From positions 1 to 56,828 of the forward strand of contig CANJOS010000001.1 of NCBI GenBank assembly GCA_947476015.1: 56,828 nucleotides of DNA, given 5' to 3'. This DNA is from Comamonadaceae bacterium (GTDB lineage Bacteria; Pseudomonadota; Gammaproteobacteria; Burkholderiales; Burkholderiaceae_C). Positions 54,176-56,828 of this stretch are shown in pieces; position 1 is the first letter of the stretch, and each line of letters starts with the position of its first letter. The notes beneath the pieces are model-generated. The model made no database searches, was not told the origin of the DNA, and saw nothing but the letters and a program-made list of their open reading frames with translations. The position numbers and the translations under genes were made by a program.

Positions 54176-55084
54176 TTACTTCTTAGCAGGCTGTGCAGCT
54201 TGGGATGCGCCATTGCCGCGCATGGCTTTGAAAAAATCAGAGCCACTGGGGTCTAAGACCATGACATCGCTCTTTTTAGAAAAGCTGGCCTTGTAGGCAT
54301 CTAAGCTTCTGTAGAACTGTGCAAACTGGGGGTCTCGGCCAAAAGACTCGTTGTAAATTTTGGCAGCCTGTGAGTCGCCCTGCCCTTTGATTTTTTGCGC
54401 ATCTCGGTAAGCGTTGGCGATGGTTACTTCACGTTGACGGTCTGCATCGGCTCGAATTTTTTCACCTTCAGCAGCGCCTGTTGAACGCAACTCATTGGCA
54501 ACCCGTTTGCGTTCCGCTTCCATCCTTCGGTAGACGGACTCTGTGATGGCATCCACATAATCTGCACGAGTGATGCGCACATCGACCACGTCTACCCCCC
54601 ATGGCTTTTCACCCCGGACTTTTTCAAGCACCTCACGCTTGACGTCATTCATCAGAACGTCGCGGTTGAGCGAGAGCAAATCTTTCACGGTGCGTTTGTT
54701 AATTTCCTCTTGAAATGCATTGCGAACCACGCGGTTCAACTGATTGGCCCCTGCTTTTTCATCAAGACCCACATTTCGAATGTAGGCCAAGGGATCCGTG
54801 ATGCGCCACCGAACGTACCAATCGATCACCACACGTTGCTTTTCAGCGGTCAACATAGGCTCTGTATCGGGGCTGTCGAGGGTCAGCAAACGTTTGTCGA
54901 TGTAAGTCACATTTTGAAGTGGTGGGGGCAACTTCACATTGAGCCCTGGCTCTGTGATGACTTCTTTGATTTGCCCCAGTGCATAAACCACGCCAAATTG
55001 ACGCTGGTCCACCACAAACAACATAGAGCTGGCCAAGGCCAAAACGATCAGAAGGGATGAAACCCAAATTCCAACGCGATTCAT
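54176..55084 (-). CDS. hflC: FtsH modulator HflC
   Basis: SPFH domain, RMEAER, FYRSLDAY. Confidence 0.95.
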   Translation of the reverse strand: MNRVGIWVSSLLIVLALASSMLFVVDQRQFGVVYALGQIKEVITEPGLNVKLPPPLQNVTYIDKRLLTLDSPDTEPMLTAEKQRVVIDWYVRWRITDPLAYIRNVGLDEKAGANQLNRVVRNAFQEEINKRTVKDLLSLNRDVLMNDVKREVLEKVRGEKPWGVDVVDVRITRADYVDAITESVYRRMEAERKRVANELRSTGAAEGEKIRADADRQREVTIANAYRDAQKIKGQGDSQAAKIYNESFGRDPQFAQFYRSLDAYKASFSKKSDVMVLDPSGSDFFKAMRGNGASQAAQPAKK

Positions 55085-55095
55085 TTTGTAAATCC

Positions 55096-56484
55096 TTAAC
55101 GAATTTCACGATCACGCGAACGGAGGCTGTCGCGTGATCTTGGGTCTGTAGGTGCCGAATTGGGTGCTGCCGGCATAGGCAAAGTGCTGTTCGCGCTGGC
55201 TGGCTCTTGGGTTGTGGCAGCAGGCGGTGTCACACCACTCATTTGGATTAATTTGTCTAAGGGCAAATACATCAAGTTGGAACCTTGTTTGCTTTCAACC
55301 ACCACCTTGGTCACACTGGTGTAAATCTGTTGCATGGCATCCAGGTACATGCGGTCACGTGTGACCTGGGGTGCATTTTGATACTCGGGGAGAATGGCTT
55401 TGAAACGCTGCGCATCGCCCTCAGCTTGCGCAACAATACGCTCACGATAAGCCTGCGATTCTTCTTTAAGGCGAGAAGCCGCACCCACTGCACGAGGGAT
55501 CACATCATTGGCATAGGCCTGCGCTTCATTCTTTGCGCGTTCTCTTTCTTGCCCTGCTTTCAAAACATCGTCAAAAGCGGCCTGAACCTGTTCGGGGGGA
55601 CGAACGCCGCCTTGTTGTAAATTGATGCCAACGACTTCAATACCCACCTTGTAGCGGTCCAAAATATTCTGCATGAGTGCTCTCACACGAGGCGCAATTT
55701 GATCACGTTCTTCAGCAAGTGCTGAGTCCATCTTCATTTTGCCAACCACTTCACGCACGGCCGTTTCAGCCGCTTGAACAACGGCTTCTGTCGGATTTTT
55801 GCTTTCAAATAAATAGGCACGGGCATCATTCAATCGGTACTGCACAGCAAATTTTATTTCGACGATGTTTTCATCTTCCGTGAGCATGGCGGATTCGCGA
55901 AGGCCGGTGGCTTTGATCACGTTGTCACGGCCAATGTCGACAGATCGAATTTGGGTGACAAAAACCAACTCATGTTTTTGAATTGGATAGGGAAAACGCC
56001 AATTAAAACCCGCTCCTACCGTTACCTTGTATTTGCCAAATTGGGTAATGACAGCTTGCTGGCCTTCTTGCACAATGAAGAAGCCGGTGCCCAACCAAAT
56101 TAGCAAGAGTGCAGTCAACACCACACCAATCCCGAGATTGCGAAAAACGGGAGGCAACCCGTTGTAAGAAGGCCCATTGGGTGGGCCCTTGTGTGGCGGG
56201 CCCCCATTTTTCCCACCCAAGAACTGTGAGAGTTTGCGATTTAGATCGCGCCATAGTTCATCCAAATCGGGCGGGCCTGAGGCTGAACTAGGTTTTGGCG
56301 ATGAAGGGCCTGAGGGACCAGGCTGTTGGGGTTGCTGAGGTTGCTGAGGGGGCTGTGCACCCTCCTGTCCATCTGGCGCTGGCTTCTCGTCGCCACGGCC
56401 CCAACGGGGATCGTTCAGGTTGAACATGCCGCGGAGTCGTTGAGGAATCGCTGACCAGTTGATGGCGAGGGGATTGAAGTTCAT
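55096..56484 (-). CDS. hflK: FtsH modulator HflK
   Basis: GPPDLDELW, MLTEDENIV, PPEQVQAAFDD, YQNAPQVTR. Confidence 0.95.
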   Translation of the reverse strand: MNFNPLAINWSAIPQRLRGMFNLNDPRWGRGDEKPAPDGQEGAQPPQQPQQPQQPGPSGPSSPKPSSASGPPDLDELWRDLNRKLSQFLGGKNGGPPHKGPPNGPSYNGLPPVFRNLGIGVVLTALLLIWLGTGFFIVQEGQQAVITQFGKYKVTVGAGFNWRFPYPIQKHELVFVTQIRSVDIGRDNVIKATGLRESAMLTEDENIVEIKFAVQYRLNDARAYLFESKNPTEAVVQAAETAVREVVGKMKMDSALAEERDQIAPRVRALMQNILDRYKVGIEVVGINLQQGGVRPPEQVQAAFDDVLKAGQERERAKNEAQAYANDVIPRAVGAASRLKEESQAYRERIVAQAEGDAQRFKAILPEYQNAPQVTRDRMYLDAMQQIYTSVTKVVVESKQGSNLMYLPLDKLIQMSGVTPPAATTQEPASANSTLPMPAAPNSAPTDPRSRDSLRSRDREIR

Positions 56485-56540
56485 TCGTTTTTCTAGTGGT
56501 TTGATCTGTCTAGCGCCATTGTGCCCAATCAGGAGCCGAA

Positions 56541-56828
56541 TTATGCGAATTCATCCGAATTTTCCCCTGAATTATCAAGGTCAAAGCGGGGGTCTGTGAT
56601 GGGCGCGTCTTCAGCTGAAATCTTCACTACTTGCTCAGCCAACATTTGACGAAGCAAGGCAACGCCTTGACCTGATTGGGCACTCAAGAAAATTCTAGGC
56701 AAAGGGACGCCATCAACCTCGTAGAAATCATGAAGCACTAAGGGTTGTCGATCTTCGGGGATATTGTCAATTTTGTTAAATACCAACCACTGCGGAACCT
56801 GCTCTGCACCAATTTCATGAAGTACTCT
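56541..56828 (-). CDS. hflX: GTPase HflX, 3' fragment truncated by the window edge
   Basis: RVLHEIGAEQVPQWLVFNKID (G4), LSAQSGQG (G5). Upstream of hflK. Confidence 0.9.
   Translation of the reverse strand, partial: RVLHEIGAEQVPQWLVFNKIDNIPEDRQPLVLHDFYEVDGVPLPRIFLSAQSGQGVALLRQMLAEQVVKISAEDAPITDPRFDLDNSGENSDEFA

Noticed and set aside
56321-56355. GGTTGCTGA-type short tandem repeat
   Set aside because: It encodes the QQP low-complexity N-tail of HflK and is not an array or mobile repeat.

Overview
Core-chromosome window from a betaproteobacterium. Gene order and protein style fit Comamonadaceae (inference; possibly a compact, Limnohabitans-like genome of roughly 50% GC). It spans the replication terminus: a 28-bp dif site at 4996-5023, with KOPS-like octamers and gene orientation both converging on it. 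Contents in order: (1) paiB-like fragment, tadA fused to a haloalkane dehalogenase, ldcA, and an Ntn acylase. (2) mltG-tmk-holB-tatD-ankyrin, and ygfZ. (3) A ~22-kb co-oriented lipid/acyl-CoA block: CoA ligase, LIV-type ABC importer, fadB/fadA-like genes, acyl-CoA dehydrogenase, SDRs, PaaI, ene-reductase, GST, tex, patatin, esterase and a thioesterase-GNAT fusion, with a perfect 26-bp operator. (4) selO-msrB-yciB-bolA-PPIase. (5) purL, map-glnD, ygiQ, a chromate transporter pair, rlmB, ybbA/tesA, a small basic protein and metC. (6) hflX-hflK-hflC-DUF2065-hisZ-purA-PRTase. I found no mobile element, CRISPR array, rRNA or tRNA. Most of the window is ordinary housekeeping DNA. The best candidate for an uncharacterised system is the TadA-dehalogenase fusion, in which both catalytic sets appear intact. 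All calls come from reading motifs by eye; no database search was run.
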